DNA from: a virus
Lineage: Duplodnaviria > Caudoviricetes
DNA: 61,316 nt
IMG/VR virus record: IMGVR_UViG_3300023109_000024
Location: 1-61,316 of that record
Reading direction: 5' to 3' (one strand)
Part shown: one piece after another, positions 8,349-17,889 of the stretch
How positions within the stretch are numbered: the first letter of the stretch is position 1
How the letters are laid out: each line of letters opens with the position of its first letter
Translations under genes and position numbers: made by a program
The notes under the pieces: model-generated
What the model saw: the letters and a program-made list of their open reading frames with translations, nothing else
Told to the model about the DNA's origin: nothing
The model's database searches: none

Positions 8349-11209
8349 TATACATCCTCATATTCAACTACCAATTTGTCGATGTCTTTTCGTTCTGCAA
8401 ATACGGTATAGAAACAATTGATGTTTTCATTATCGTTGATTATAACCTGATTGTCAGTTATGTCCTGAACATAAAGATCTTGCGAATGACCAATAGGTGT
8501 GAGATTTACAGTAATTGTATTTTCATCAACTAATCCTAACCAGTAATCAGGTAATTCAATGACATTATCATCTTTTAATCGACCACGAACATATACGCCA
8601 TTTTCAGGTCCTTCCAGACAAGTGTATTGTAATTTCATGCCATCTTTTGTAGGATGATCAATCAAGAACGATTTGCTTGTTGCAGTCAAGGTGCCGGTGC
8701 TTGGATTAAATTTAAGGCTTGTATTTGTTAAAGGATCTTGATTTGATCCTGGAGTACTCACAGCATCTTCGGCAAACACAATGTAATGGTCTGCGTTAGC
8801 TGATGCGTTGACAGTGGTTATAAGCCCGCCGCCCATGCCAACAAGAGCAACTGTACCTGTTTCATCTGGGAACGTAATTGTTCTATCAGCAGTAGGTGCA
8901 GTAAATGTTACTGTTGTATCGAAACTTGCACCCTTATGAATAATATCAGACGAACTTTGCAATAACAACCCGTCAGTGGTTACACTTATTCGTCTTTCTG
9001 TAAGTGCATTTGCTGGTTTAGCACCGTTTGAAACATCGAAGTCAATATTTCTTTGACCCCAAATACGAATACCTGACAAATTATCAATCGTTGTATCACC
9101 ATTAGTATCTTCACTTTGCTTAGTTGTTATTTCACCCATGCACGATTGAGTTGAATCGTTTTTAGCACTACCCACATTCATAAATGAAATCCATGGGTTT
9201 GCTGCTGCGGTTGTTTGATCGTTAATCTCTAACAGTAACACACCACCGTTTGCATGATCACCTTGAGTTGATCTTGCAAATTTAGCAACTGAACCCGCTG
9301 TTGCACTTACTGCCTTTAATGCTAAATCATTTTCATCGAAAGCATCTAACGCACCGCTTGTTGATGTGTTGTTTATATCTAAAAATGCGCCGCTGGCATT
9401 ATATGAAGGAGAGTTTGAACTTGCAATTACTAATTCATCAACAGCACTTTGACTAACATTGATGTTATTCGACCCTTTAAAGGTTACAGTGTCACTGCTG
9501 TTGGTGTTGCCAGATATACCTTGAATTGTTAAGTCAACATCACTTGAATTTGTTGAAGTTTCTAAACTATATGTAGTTCCTGAAATGCTTCCGCCATCTA
9601 CAGTTATCTTTGCATTTGCTACGCCAGGATTTATAGCTGTAATATTAACTGATACACCACCGGTACCAGCTATATCAATCGTATCAGCATTGGCTGTGCC
9701 AGTTTCTTGTAATTGAAAAGATCCTGTGTTTGTACCTGCAGTGACAGCTAAATCATATTGCGAATTTGTGACACTTCCTACTTGTTCATATTCTACGGTA
9801 CTGACAGAACCATCAGACATGATAAATCCAATATCTGTGCCTGTTGTTGCACCTGTTACTAAAAATCCTGTCGACTCAAACTTTTTATTTGCTTTAAACC
9901 TGTGCTCAGGTGCAGAATTAGTTTCCCATATAAGTTGAGGAGTTAAATTTACAGGTGTTCTAGATTCAGGAACATTACTTGAGGCGGTATGTTGAGATTG
10001 ACTAACGAATTCAGTATTTGCTCCTGTTAATGATGAAGGATATTCGCCAAATGTGAATCCTGCAAGTGATGCTTGCGTTGATGTTGTGGCACCATCAGCG
10101 AGTTGTATATTTTTATCAGCTATAGTTAAAGTTGTAGAATTAACTGTTGTCTGCGTTCCTAATACTTCAAGGTTACCATTAATCGTGACTGTGCCACTAT
10201 TAGCAGTGTTTCCTACTCTTGCAGGATCTAATATTAATGTTTGATTCGTTCTAATTATTGTTGACGACTGGGAGGTATTGCTAGGATTTAAACTTTCATT
10301 ATCTACAGCCTTACCTATTTGAATAGTTGCCGTTTGCCTACCTGAAGGTGATTGTGTATTTTCTTTAAGTCGTAAAACCAGCGCATCATCATCCGTGGGC
10401 TGTGTTAAACCACTGTACCCACTGAAATCTCCCTGTCCTACGATAAAATCAATTTTACTCTGATTTCCATTACTGATAGGTGCAGAATTCCAATCAGCAT
10501 ATATTTGGTTATTTACACCAGTACTGGTAGTATGCCAAACAATTCTTTTTTCATCTTGTAATTGTAATGTTTCGCCGAGTTCAATACCGCCATCTGTAGA
10601 AAACGATGGCACAGCAATTGCCTTACCTCTATCAGATGTGCCAGTAGTGCCCGCACCTGAACCTGCTCCATTCGCTTTAAATAAAGTTCCTTGAGCGTAA
10701 GTTATCCCTGTAACAAGTACAGGGTTATCATCAAGCGCTTCCCAATTCTCTAGCCCAATTTGTGTTATTTTATATACGGTTCCAGCAACAAAACTTCCAG
10801 ATTCAACTTCAACATCGCTTACATCTTGTGTATTTGATAATTCAATGGGGCGGTCAGAAACCATACCTACTTGCAATGTTGAATCTAAACTTGACGCTGC
10901 TTGCGCTAGAGAAACAGTGCTTGTTGTTGCCCCGACAGCAATACCTAACTTATAATCGCCCGAACTTCCTATTTCCTCTAATTCAAGATCTTCACCTATA
11001 GCAATTATTCGTCTATCGCCTGCACCAGTCGTCATCAAAAAGGAATTGGTGCCTTGGTTGCCTGGTAATTGAGTAATATTGTTGCTAGGTATGCCAAAGT
11101 TAGGTTCCGCCTGATCCAGTGACAGATATGTATATCTATCAGACAGAACATCACTAGGACTTGTTGCCCTTACACGACCCGATAAGTAGTTACTTGCGAA
11201 CTTACGCAT
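8348..11209 (-). CDS. Tail-fibre-like protein with C-terminal KSFLIDHP...CLEGPE domain
   Basis: Fibre segments (GNLEVLGTQTTVNST, PTADRTITFPDETGTV) and a C-terminal SKSFLIDHPTK...YTCLEGPENGVYVRG...IELPDYW domain typical of aquatic phage fibres. Confidence 0.75.
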   Translation of the reverse strand: MRKFASNYLSGRVRATSPSDVLSDRYTYLSLDQAEPNFGIPSNNITQLPGNQGTNSFLMTTGAGDRRIIAIGEDLELEEIGSSGDYKLGIAVGATTSTVSLAQAASSLDSTLQVGMVSDRPIELSNTQDVSDVEVESGSFVAGTVYKITQIGLENWEALDDNPVLVTGITYAQGTLFKANGAGSGAGTTGTSDRGKAIAVPSFSTDGGIELGETLQLQDEKRIVWHTTSTGVNNQIYADWNSAPISNGNQSKIDFIVGQGDFSGYSGLTQPTDDDALVLRLKENTQSPSGRQTATIQIGKAVDNESLNPSNTSQSSTIIRTNQTLILDPARVGNTANSGTVTINGNLEVLGTQTTVNSTTLTIADKNIQLADGATTSTQASLAGFTFGEYPSSLTGANTEFVSQSQHTASSNVPESRTPVNLTPQLIWETNSAPEHRFKANKKFESTGFLVTGATTGTDIGFIMSDGSVSTVEYEQVGSVTNSQYDLAVTAGTNTGSFQLQETGTANADTIDIAGTGGVSVNITAINPGVANAKITVDGGSISGTTYSLETSTNSSDVDLTIQGISGNTNSSDTVTFKGSNNINVSQSAVDELVIASSNSPSYNASGAFLDINNTSTSGALDAFDENDLALKAVSATAGSVAKFARSTQGDHANGGVLLLEINDQTTAAANPWISFMNVGSAKNDSTQSCMGEITTKQSEDTNGDTTIDNLSGIRIWGQRNIDFDVSNGAKPANALTERRISVTTDGLLLQSSSDIIHKGASFDTTVTFTAPTADRTITFPDETGTVALVGMGGGLITTVNASANADHYIVFAEDAVSTPGSNQDPLTNTSLKFNPSTGTLTATSKSFLIDHPTKDGMKLQYTCLEGPENGVYVRGRLKDDNVIELPDYWLGLVDENTITVNLTPIGHSQDLYVQDITDNQVIINDNENINCFYTVFAERKDIDKLVVEYEDV

Positions 11210-11573
11210 TTAATGTTTCCAGAAAACTTAATGTTAAATCTAGTGCGCTCGGACCATCATTATTTTCGATGAATCCTATCAGGCTATCACCGGCTTGTAA
11301 CACAAGCTTGCCTGTCGCTAAATTTACCGCATCATTTGGCGGAACAACCAACTGTTTAATTAATATATTTTCAGTAGCGTCCTTTTTCAATTTTAATGTG
11401 ACAGTAACATCAGCATTAGGACTTTTGATATTTGCTGCTTGCGCATTCAAAACAATTGCAGTATATCCTGCAGGAGCAGTATAGATCAAATGAGGATCAA
11501 CTCCTAAAACATCAGGTTCGTCTTCGTCGAAAAAAGAATATTGTAAAGATTTAAATGTATTTAATTGTGCCAT
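11202..11573 (-). CDS. Small virion structural protein (T4-like cyanophage-type family)
   Basis: LNTFK..IYTAPAGYTAIVL.AQ.AN...VPPNDA....GKLVLQ.GD...LS.LET pattern; overlaps the next gene. Confidence 0.65.
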   Translation of the reverse strand: MAQLNTFKSLQYSFFDEDEPDVLGVDPHLIYTAPAGYTAIVLNAQAANIKSPNADVTVTLKLKKDATENILIKQLVVPPNDAVNLATGKLVLQAGDSLIGFIENNDGPSALDLTLSFLETLNA

Positions 11574-11575
11574 TT

Positions 11576-14500
11576 CTAATTGCCTTCGATTGCTAGTATG
11601 TAAGGAGTCATAACAGAGAACAATGATCTGTTAAATGTATCCCCTTCAATGGTTCCGTCAGTTCTATTTATACGCATTCCAGATCCAATCCTGAAATCAC
11701 CTTTGTGATCAGTTGATGTGAAGTAAACTGCGCCTAAGTTTGTTGTTTCGTCAAAAATGACTTCGTTTTGTGTTTTCGGGAAGTCATCTGTTCTGGGTCT
11801 ATTATACAAATCATCTGTATTACTTGTTAGACCCTGAATTTCTGTGCCTGTACCTACATATTCAAATGTCATCGAACTCGCTGCGATTAAACTTCTCTTT
11901 TTAAAGTCAACAGTGAATCTTAAATCACCGTTTTGATCAGGAAGGAAATTATCACGTACATTTTCAAGCGGTATCACACGATAAATGTCAACATTAGATC
12001 CCACATCAGTTTGAATTATTGATTTCTGTGAATTGATTTGAGTTGACGCTGTTATCAAATCACTTGCAATTCCGCTTGTACCTAATGCTGAAGGTTGTGT
12101 GACAGTACCATTTTGAATATGGGTAATTATAATATTCATCAATGAATCTAAAAGCGTCTCTAAACTGGTCCTAACAACGCCTGCACTTAAAGACATTATA
12201 GCAGGGATTGCACTATCTCTCATATACTCATACGCCGCAATAGTTGCAGTGGCTTGACCGGTCGCTAATTGCGATACAGATGATTCATTTCCGTTTGCAT
12301 CGAATGTTGTTATGAAATAACTTTCTGCTGCTCTGATTGATGCGGTATTTGTATTATACATCAAGTCGTATGCTAGAGCATCAACAATAAATCGTATATC
12401 TCTTCCGCACTTTGTTTGATATGAAGTACTAGTCAACCCAACAAAATCTGGATTGCCATTAGTTCTTTGTGCTTCGATATAGCCAAACACATTGGCTACA
12501 ATAGCATCCTTAGAAGATATTAAATCGTCTTTTGTTGTCACAGTTGTAGTGGTAACATTTAATGTATTGGGTAAAAATAATTCATCTGCAACACCATCAC
12601 CCGGAGCAGTTACACTGACTGTTCCATCTTCGAAGATGTGAATAATCTCATCAACTGCTGCTCTCACACGATGATATGCTTTATCAGATGCGCTAACGTC
12701 AGACAACTGTGACAATGTTCTTTTAACATCTAACATTGCAGCCAATGTAGGTGCTTTTTGATCTGTATTCGTTACTGTTGTGTATGCGCTAGCACGTTGA
12801 TATGAAATGCCAGTATAAACAGAGTTAAAGTTTGTGCCTAATAACATATCATCTCTAACAGCATCAATGATCAAACCAACGTCACGCTCACACTTATCTT
12901 CATTATAATAGAAACCTGGGGTTAATGTGTGTGTTCCAGACATACCTGCATTTGAAATTGTTTTTACGACATCGGTTCCTGTCTCATAAAAATTTCTTTG
13001 AGCTTCAGATAATCTAATGTCAGTTCCGTCAACTTTAATAACAAAATATACTTGCCCAGATATTAAACCTGAAATTGGTGTACCGGTACACGAATACTTA
13101 ACAGGTTGACCTTGAACTAATCCGTGACCTGTAATACCAGGAACATCAATAATTGCACCTGCAGTGTTTTTCGTTTGGCGTTGCAAATTTTGTATAGTTT
13201 GCGTGGTATTGTCGATGTCAGCGCTTTCTACAGATAATGGTAAGAATCCGTTATAATCTGTTATTTCAAAATCAACAGACGCTTCGACACCTTCAACAGA
13301 ATAGTAAAAATTATCATCTATTCCTGTATTGATAATAACCCAATCAGTTGTTGCTTGTCGTAATTCACGCTTGTTATCGTCAATCGTATTTTTACCGATA
13401 ATGCCATCGCCTGATGCTGGGAAAGTTGGCAATATCAATGCAGGCAACGCCTCAAGATCTTCATCTTCAATCATGTCTTTGATTATTATAACAAGATCAT
13501 GCGCTTCAAGAGATACGCTGACAGATGTTGTTTCGCCACCTGTTGCTTGTTGAGCATTTGTTGCTTGCGAGGCAGGGTTACCTGAACTTTTTGTTATAGA
13601 TGTATTTGTTATCACATCTCTGACAACATCTGCTAAATGGTCATATGCATTTACTGTTGATGTTACCTGTGCGGCCGTAGGAAGTTGTGCAACTGCACCA
13701 TCAAAATAACTTTTAGCAGCAAGTAAGGTTGCAGAATTTCCGCCATACATTAAATCATAACACAAAGCATCAACGATGTAACCAACATCTCTTTTGCATT
13801 TATCTTGATCATAACCTGCAGGAGGATTATTTGCGGGAAGTAAAACAAATGCATTTATTTCTTCTTGAATAAATGCTCTGTTAGAAAGTAAAGCGCCTAG
13901 AGAGTTACTTACTCCACCTGTATCACTTGCAGCAAATCGATATGATGCATGTCTATTTAAAGTGTTCGGTAAACTAAGCGTAGGTGTGTTAAACGAATCT
14001 CCCGGGAAGGTAGCAGTTATTGCCCCATTGTTTATGATGCCAGTAACAATATCAAATTTGCCATCTATTGATGATTTTAAAGATGAAATTTCAGCAATAT
14101 CTTCGAGCAATCCAACAAGTCGTTTTGTTTCAAACAAAGCATCTGATGTAGGCGTGACCTGATCTGCAGGTAAAGCATTTGCACGTTTATATGCAATCCC
14201 AGAGTAAATAGAATTAAAATTAGTATTTAATGCGGTGTCATACCCTACAGAATCTAATATCAATTCAACATCACGACCACATTTTGCGATTAATTGGTTA
14301 TCCTTATCGTTTATAAGGAATGCATCGCCGTATTTTGGCGGCGTAGTTGTAGTAATTTCAATATCTGTGTCGAAAGCAACTGCTTGAGATGTCATAGCAC
14401 CTGCGTATAATGATTCAGATGCACCTGTTGCCTTCAATCCATAATTACCAAACGAAGCGTTTGAGTTGGTTAATGAACATTGACCACCGCTTTCACACAA

Positions 14501-15325
14501 AATTGCGTAGTCACATGAAACTGTGAAAATAGAAACTAATTGTGCATATCCACGATTAATAATGTGAACACCTCTACCGCCCGCATTAATTTGCGTAAAC
14601 GAATCAGATACCATTGATCTTAACCCAGTTGTTAAACTGCCGTCAATCAACATACCTGTAGCATCCTGGTTGAACGCTGTACAATTTTCTATATAAGGAC
14701 TTGTTGAGATAGTTTGCGCAACACCGCCTGGTTGTAATGCAATAGGAGGAAATGAAACTGCCGCCGGAGGGCGAGGTTTATTACCATCAGCATTCATTCC
14801 TTGGAATGTCAAGTTTGTTATATACGATGCATTTTGTACATAGAACAAGTCATTACCTGGCGTGGTACCAGCAACTCTTGTCGTTCTTAAATTGTCACCT
14901 ACAATAGACACGTTTTTAGGAACCACCATTCCGCCCATTGGATTGCCGGCGACAGTGTCATTGGTTTCTACATATGTTCCGCTTTTAACAAAAATTGTTG
15001 TGCCAGCAGTTGAACCAGCATTTGCTGCTTCCAAAACTGCTAAAGAATCGAGAGCTGCTTTAATAGTTAAAAACGCATCACCTAGTGTTTTTCCGTCATT
15101 AGTATCAGTGCCACTTTTCGAAACATATAAAACATTTTCAACAGAATCTGCTTTACCTATTTCTTTAAGAGAAATAGCACCGTCTGCATCCTGACGAATG
15201 AACATCTTGCCGTCATGCGTGTTGATTGCAATTTCGCCGAGTTCTAATTCATTGTTTGCATCATTTGATATTACAGGCACTACACCTGTAGCATCGTTTT
15301 TCTTATGAATTATTTTTGTTGACAT
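11576..15325 (-). CDS. Virion appendage protein: docking N-terminus, beta-helix-like region and four phycobiliprotein-like CxRD helical domains
   Basis: N-terminal LELGEIAINTHDGKMFI; VLYVSKSGTDTNDG..FLTIKAAL..IFVKSGTY..VSIVGDNLR..SPYIENCT beta-helix cap; four KCxRD repeats; C-terminal YFTSTDHKGDFRIG...TPYILAIEG. Confidence 0.75.
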   Translation of the reverse strand: MSTKIIHKKNDATGVVPVISNDANNELELGEIAINTHDGKMFIRQDADGAISLKEIGKADSVENVLYVSKSGTDTNDGKTLGDAFLTIKAALDSLAVLEAANAGSTAGTTIFVKSGTYVETNDTVAGNPMGGMVVPKNVSIVGDNLRTTRVAGTTPGNDLFYVQNASYITNLTFQGMNADGNKPRPPAAVSFPPIALQPGGVAQTISTSPYIENCTAFNQDATGMLIDGSLTTGLRSMVSDSFTQINAGGRGVHIINRGYAQLVSIFTVSCDYAILCESGGQCSLTNSNASFGNYGLKATGASESLYAGAMTSQAVAFDTDIEITTTTPPKYGDAFLINDKDNQLIAKCGRDVELILDSVGYDTALNTNFNSIYSGIAYKRANALPADQVTPTSDALFETKRLVGLLEDIAEISSLKSSIDGKFDIVTGIINNGAITATFPGDSFNTPTLSLPNTLNRHASYRFAASDTGGVSNSLGALLSNRAFIQEEINAFVLLPANNPPAGYDQDKCKRDVGYIVDALCYDLMYGGNSATLLAAKSYFDGAVAQLPTAAQVTSTVNAYDHLADVVRDVITNTSITKSSGNPASQATNAQQATGGETTSVSVSLEAHDLVIIIKDMIEDEDLEALPALILPTFPASGDGIIGKNTIDDNKRELRQATTDWVIINTGIDDNFYYSVEGVEASVDFEITDYNGFLPLSVESADIDNTTQTIQNLQRQTKNTAGAIIDVPGITGHGLVQGQPVKYSCTGTPISGLISGQVYFVIKVDGTDIRLSEAQRNFYETGTDVVKTISNAGMSGTHTLTPGFYYNEDKCERDVGLIIDAVRDDMLLGTNFNSVYTGISYQRASAYTTVTNTDQKAPTLAAMLDVKRTLSQLSDVSASDKAYHRVRAAVDEIIHIFEDGTVSVTAPGDGVADELFLPNTLNVTTTTVTTKDDLISSKDAIVANVFGYIEAQRTNGNPDFVGLTSTSYQTKCGRDIRFIVDALAYDLMYNTNTASIRAAESYFITTFDANGNESSVSQLATGQATATIAAYEYMRDSAIPAIMSLSAGVVRTSLETLLDSLMNIIITHIQNGTVTQPSALGTSGIASDLITASTQINSQKSIIQTDVGSNVDIYRVIPLENVRDNFLPDQNGDLRFTVDFKKRSLIAASSMTFEYVGTGTEIQGLTSNTDDLYNRPRTDDFPKTQNEVIFDETTNLGAVYFTSTDHKGDFRIGSGMRINRTDGTIEGDTFNRSLFSVMTPYILAIEGN

Positions 15326-15354
15326 CTATGATCGCCTTGTATATAGTACAGTTA

Positions 15355-15362
15355 TATTTATG
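15355..15362 (-). promoter_or_regulatory. Late promoter variant (CATAAATA) overlapping the upstream stop codon
   Basis: Plus-strand tatttatg, ~30 nt before the ATG at 15325; fits the NATAAATA consensus. Confidence 0.55.
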
Positions 15363-17199
15363 ACCCGTAAGTTCCGCCATCAATTGTTGTTATGTGCGCC
15401 CAACCGTTAGTCACTGTAAATTGATCATTATCGAATTCTGCAACACCTAAATTGTTTTTCCAGTTCTGACCATAATTAGCATCGCTTGTGTCAGAAATTG
15501 GAGCAGTGTTTCTTGATGCAGTCGCCAATCGAATATCAACTGTTGCAATATCACCATTAGATGTACTGTTTGCCGAGTCAATTATAACAGAAGATCCTGC
15601 ACTATCTGCAGCAAACACAGGATTTGCCGGATCAGTTGTATCAAGCGTACCTTTTACTTGAAGATCTTTTACATAATCTCCTATTGCAGTTGAAACATCT
15701 GTTGTTAATGCTGTTGTTATTGACAAACCTGAAATTAAGTCACTAGATACTGAACCTGTAACAGCACCAGTCAATGCAAATGTTTGAGCACTCGCTAAAG
15801 CACTTGCCGTGGATGCATTACCTGCAACATCACCTGTAAGATTAGCAACAAGGGTTCCTGTAGTTCCCGCAAACGCTTGAGAGGTTGCTTCTGTTGTATC
15901 TGTGAGTAAAGTGAAGTTTCCTGCAGATTTATCATAACCCATGAAACCAATTTTATCAGCAGTCGTGCCGTCATGATAATGGAATTTGATACCACGATCA
16001 AATGCATCATTAACAGCTCCTTCACCTAATTCTAATACAGGATCATCAACTTGCATCACAGATGTATTAACTGTGGTTGTTTCACCACTTACAGTCAAGT
16101 TACCTGCGATAACAGTATTTCCGGCAACTGTCAAATTATCACCAATTGCAACTGTACTATTGACTGTGTTGCCAATGTTGATTGCATCAGTAGTTGCAAA
16201 TAGATTTACAGGATTAGACGTTGATTGTATTACATCATTTTGCGAACCGCCCGTATTAGTTGGAGCGGTTTCAGCAGTTCTAGGTGCTTGTTCATCTGTC
16301 GAAAGTTTAAATGAATTATCATCTACTTTTATCACATAATATGTTGTGCCGTTTACAAATCCGTCAATTGCTTGTGGAGATGTGTACGTTACTTGTTGTC
16401 CTTCTGTAAACCCATGAGCATTAATATCGAATGCATTTGTTGATCTGTTAAATGCGTTACCCACTAAAGCGTCAGTTGATACGAATTCATGGAATATTGA
16501 AGGGTATAGTTGCTCGATAACATTACCATCAACTAAGACTTCTTGATTTCCGGTACCGACAGTTACTGAGCCGAATGCAACATCGTCATCAACATCTAGT
16601 TGTTGTTGCAAACCTATTGTCATAGTAGCAGTACCATCATCGTAACCGGTTGTTACGCCTTGAGCACCAGCAAATTTAAATACATCATTGCCTGCAATAT
16701 TACCTGTGTTGGGTGTAGACTCTGCATCTGAAACATTAATACCCGTTGCAACACTTGTAACATATCCTACAGTTGCGACTGTTGAAGAGTCTGCACCTGC
16801 TTGAGGAGTAGGTAATCCTGTGATTGTTGCGGAGCCATCTGATATAATATTTCCGCCACTAAAGGTTAAACCCGAACTTGTCAACACTAGCGTTGTGTTT
16901 GTTAATGTGGAATTATTCGACCCGTCACCTAAAATAAGCGATCCGAGTGCTCCTGCACTGCCTGCAATAATTGCTTTGTTTGCACTAACTGTTCCTGCGG
17001 TTGCAGTTAACAAATCAGTGAACTTCTTACCGCCAACAGGAATTGCAACAGAATCGATTCCGTCTGTTGAACCTACATATAGCGTGTTACCGCCATTTGG
17101 GTTGTCGTCTTTAAGTGAATATGCTAATTCACCTTGCTTCAGAGCGCCTTGAATCGGTGTCCCTACGCTTGTTGATCTTTTTACCTTAATGATACTCAT
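15358..17199 (-). CDS. Tail-fibre-like protein
   Basis: N-terminal IKVKRS...LKQGELAYS...LYVG docking motif; GNLTVSGETTTVNT and DRGIKFHY..GFMGYD fibre motifs; C-terminal IDGGTY. Confidence 0.72.
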   Translation of the reverse strand: MSIIKVKRSTSVGTPIQGALKQGELAYSLKDDNPNGGNTLYVGSTDGIDSVAIPVGGKKFTDLLTATAGTVSANKAIIAGSAGALGSLILGDGSNNSTLTNTTLVLTSSGLTFSGGNIISDGSATITGLPTPQAGADSSTVATVGYVTSVATGINVSDAESTPNTGNIAGNDVFKFAGAQGVTTGYDDGTATMTIGLQQQLDVDDDVAFGSVTVGTGNQEVLVDGNVIEQLYPSIFHEFVSTDALVGNAFNRSTNAFDINAHGFTEGQQVTYTSPQAIDGFVNGTTYYVIKVDDNSFKLSTDEQAPRTAETAPTNTGGSQNDVIQSTSNPVNLFATTDAINIGNTVNSTVAIGDNLTVAGNTVIAGNLTVSGETTTVNTSVMQVDDPVLELGEGAVNDAFDRGIKFHYHDGTTADKIGFMGYDKSAGNFTLLTDTTEATSQAFAGTTGTLVANLTGDVAGNASTASALASAQTFALTGAVTGSVSSDLISGLSITTALTTDVSTAIGDYVKDLQVKGTLDTTDPANPVFAADSAGSSVIIDSANSTSNGDIATVDIRLATASRNTAPISDTSDANYGQNWKNNLGVAEFDNDQFTVTNGWAHITTIDGGTYGS

Positions 17200-17429
17200 T
17201 AGAAAGTGCCTCCTTCAAGCACGGTTTCTTCGCTATCTAATTCTGTTGTTGCAGTCCACTTCCCTACACCTTGATTTTCTTTGTATATTAACATTGCACC
17301 GTTTGCAAGATTTGTGGCGTCTACATCGAATAAATTATTTAATTGAATGCTTCCGGCGGTTCCTCCAACTGCATAATTCGTGACAAGTAATCTGCTTGAA
17401 GGTGTTACAGTAGCTTTTATATTAGGCAT
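17199..17429 (-). CDS. Small virion protein ending in EGGTF
   Basis: L..L.DVD...LANGAMLIY....KW motif; TAATG coupling to the next gene. Confidence 0.6.
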   Translation of the reverse strand: MPNIKATVTPSSRLLVTNYAVGGTAGSIQLNNLFDVDATNLANGAMLIYKENQGVGKWTATTELDSEETVLEGGTF

Positions 17430-17430
17430 T

Positions 17431-17820
17431 TTATATCCTTGTTATTCCGGGTGTGACAGTAACAGTCCCTTGAACCACACGATCTGTTTTACTATTTTGA
17501 CTTACAGGTGCTGTAATCTCGACATCATATAAATATCTACCAGGTTCAAGAGAAGTTGTACCCGCATGTGTTACTGTATCAGGTTCACTACCTGTTGTAT
17601 AATCATTTTTAGGCAATACTAAAGTAATTTGACCTGATAAGCCGTTGTGTGAAGTTTGAAATGTTGTTGTCGGTGTTGATGATGCATAATTTTTGCGCAT
17701 TTGTGAAGCAACAGTATAATCTGTTAGGTTCACGGGTACACCAGATGCATCGGATAAATCAATTGTGGCATCAAAGTCAGCGCCTTGATCTATTGTTATA
17801 TTTGCTTTAATAGCCATCAT
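17431..17820 (-). CDS. Conserved T4-like virion adaptor protein (Ig/BppU-N-like)
   Basis: ANITIDQGADF...NLTDYT..SQMRK.Y.S...LEPGRYLYDVEI...RVVQGTVTVTPGIT; GGAGA RBS before the ATG at 17820/17817. Confidence 0.75.
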   Translation of the reverse strand: MMAIKANITIDQGADFDATIDLSDASGVPVNLTDYTVASQMRKNYASSTPTTTFQTSHNGLSGQITLVLPKNDYTTGSEPDTVTHAGTTSLEPGRYLYDVEITAPVSQNSKTDRVVQGTVTVTPGITRI

Positions 17821-17843
17821 TTTCTCCAATTAGTGTTAATTAG

Positions 17844-17855
17844 TATTTATAAATA
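17844..17855. promoter_or_regulatory. Bidirectional late promoter (palindrome TATTTATAAATA)
   Basis: Perfect 12-bp palindrome giving TATAAATA on + (17848-17855) and on - (17844-17851), between two divergent genes. Confidence 0.8.
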
Positions 17856-17889
17856 ATATAAACACAAGTCCCTAACTTAAAGGAAAAAC

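Noticed and set aside
11576-15325. Calling the CxRD repeats true cpc/apc/cpe photosynthesis genes
   Set aside because: They are domains fused inside a late structural protein, lack the N-terminal X/Y helices and other phycobiliprotein signatures, and resemble them mainly around the chromophore helix. Reported only as phycobiliprotein-like.
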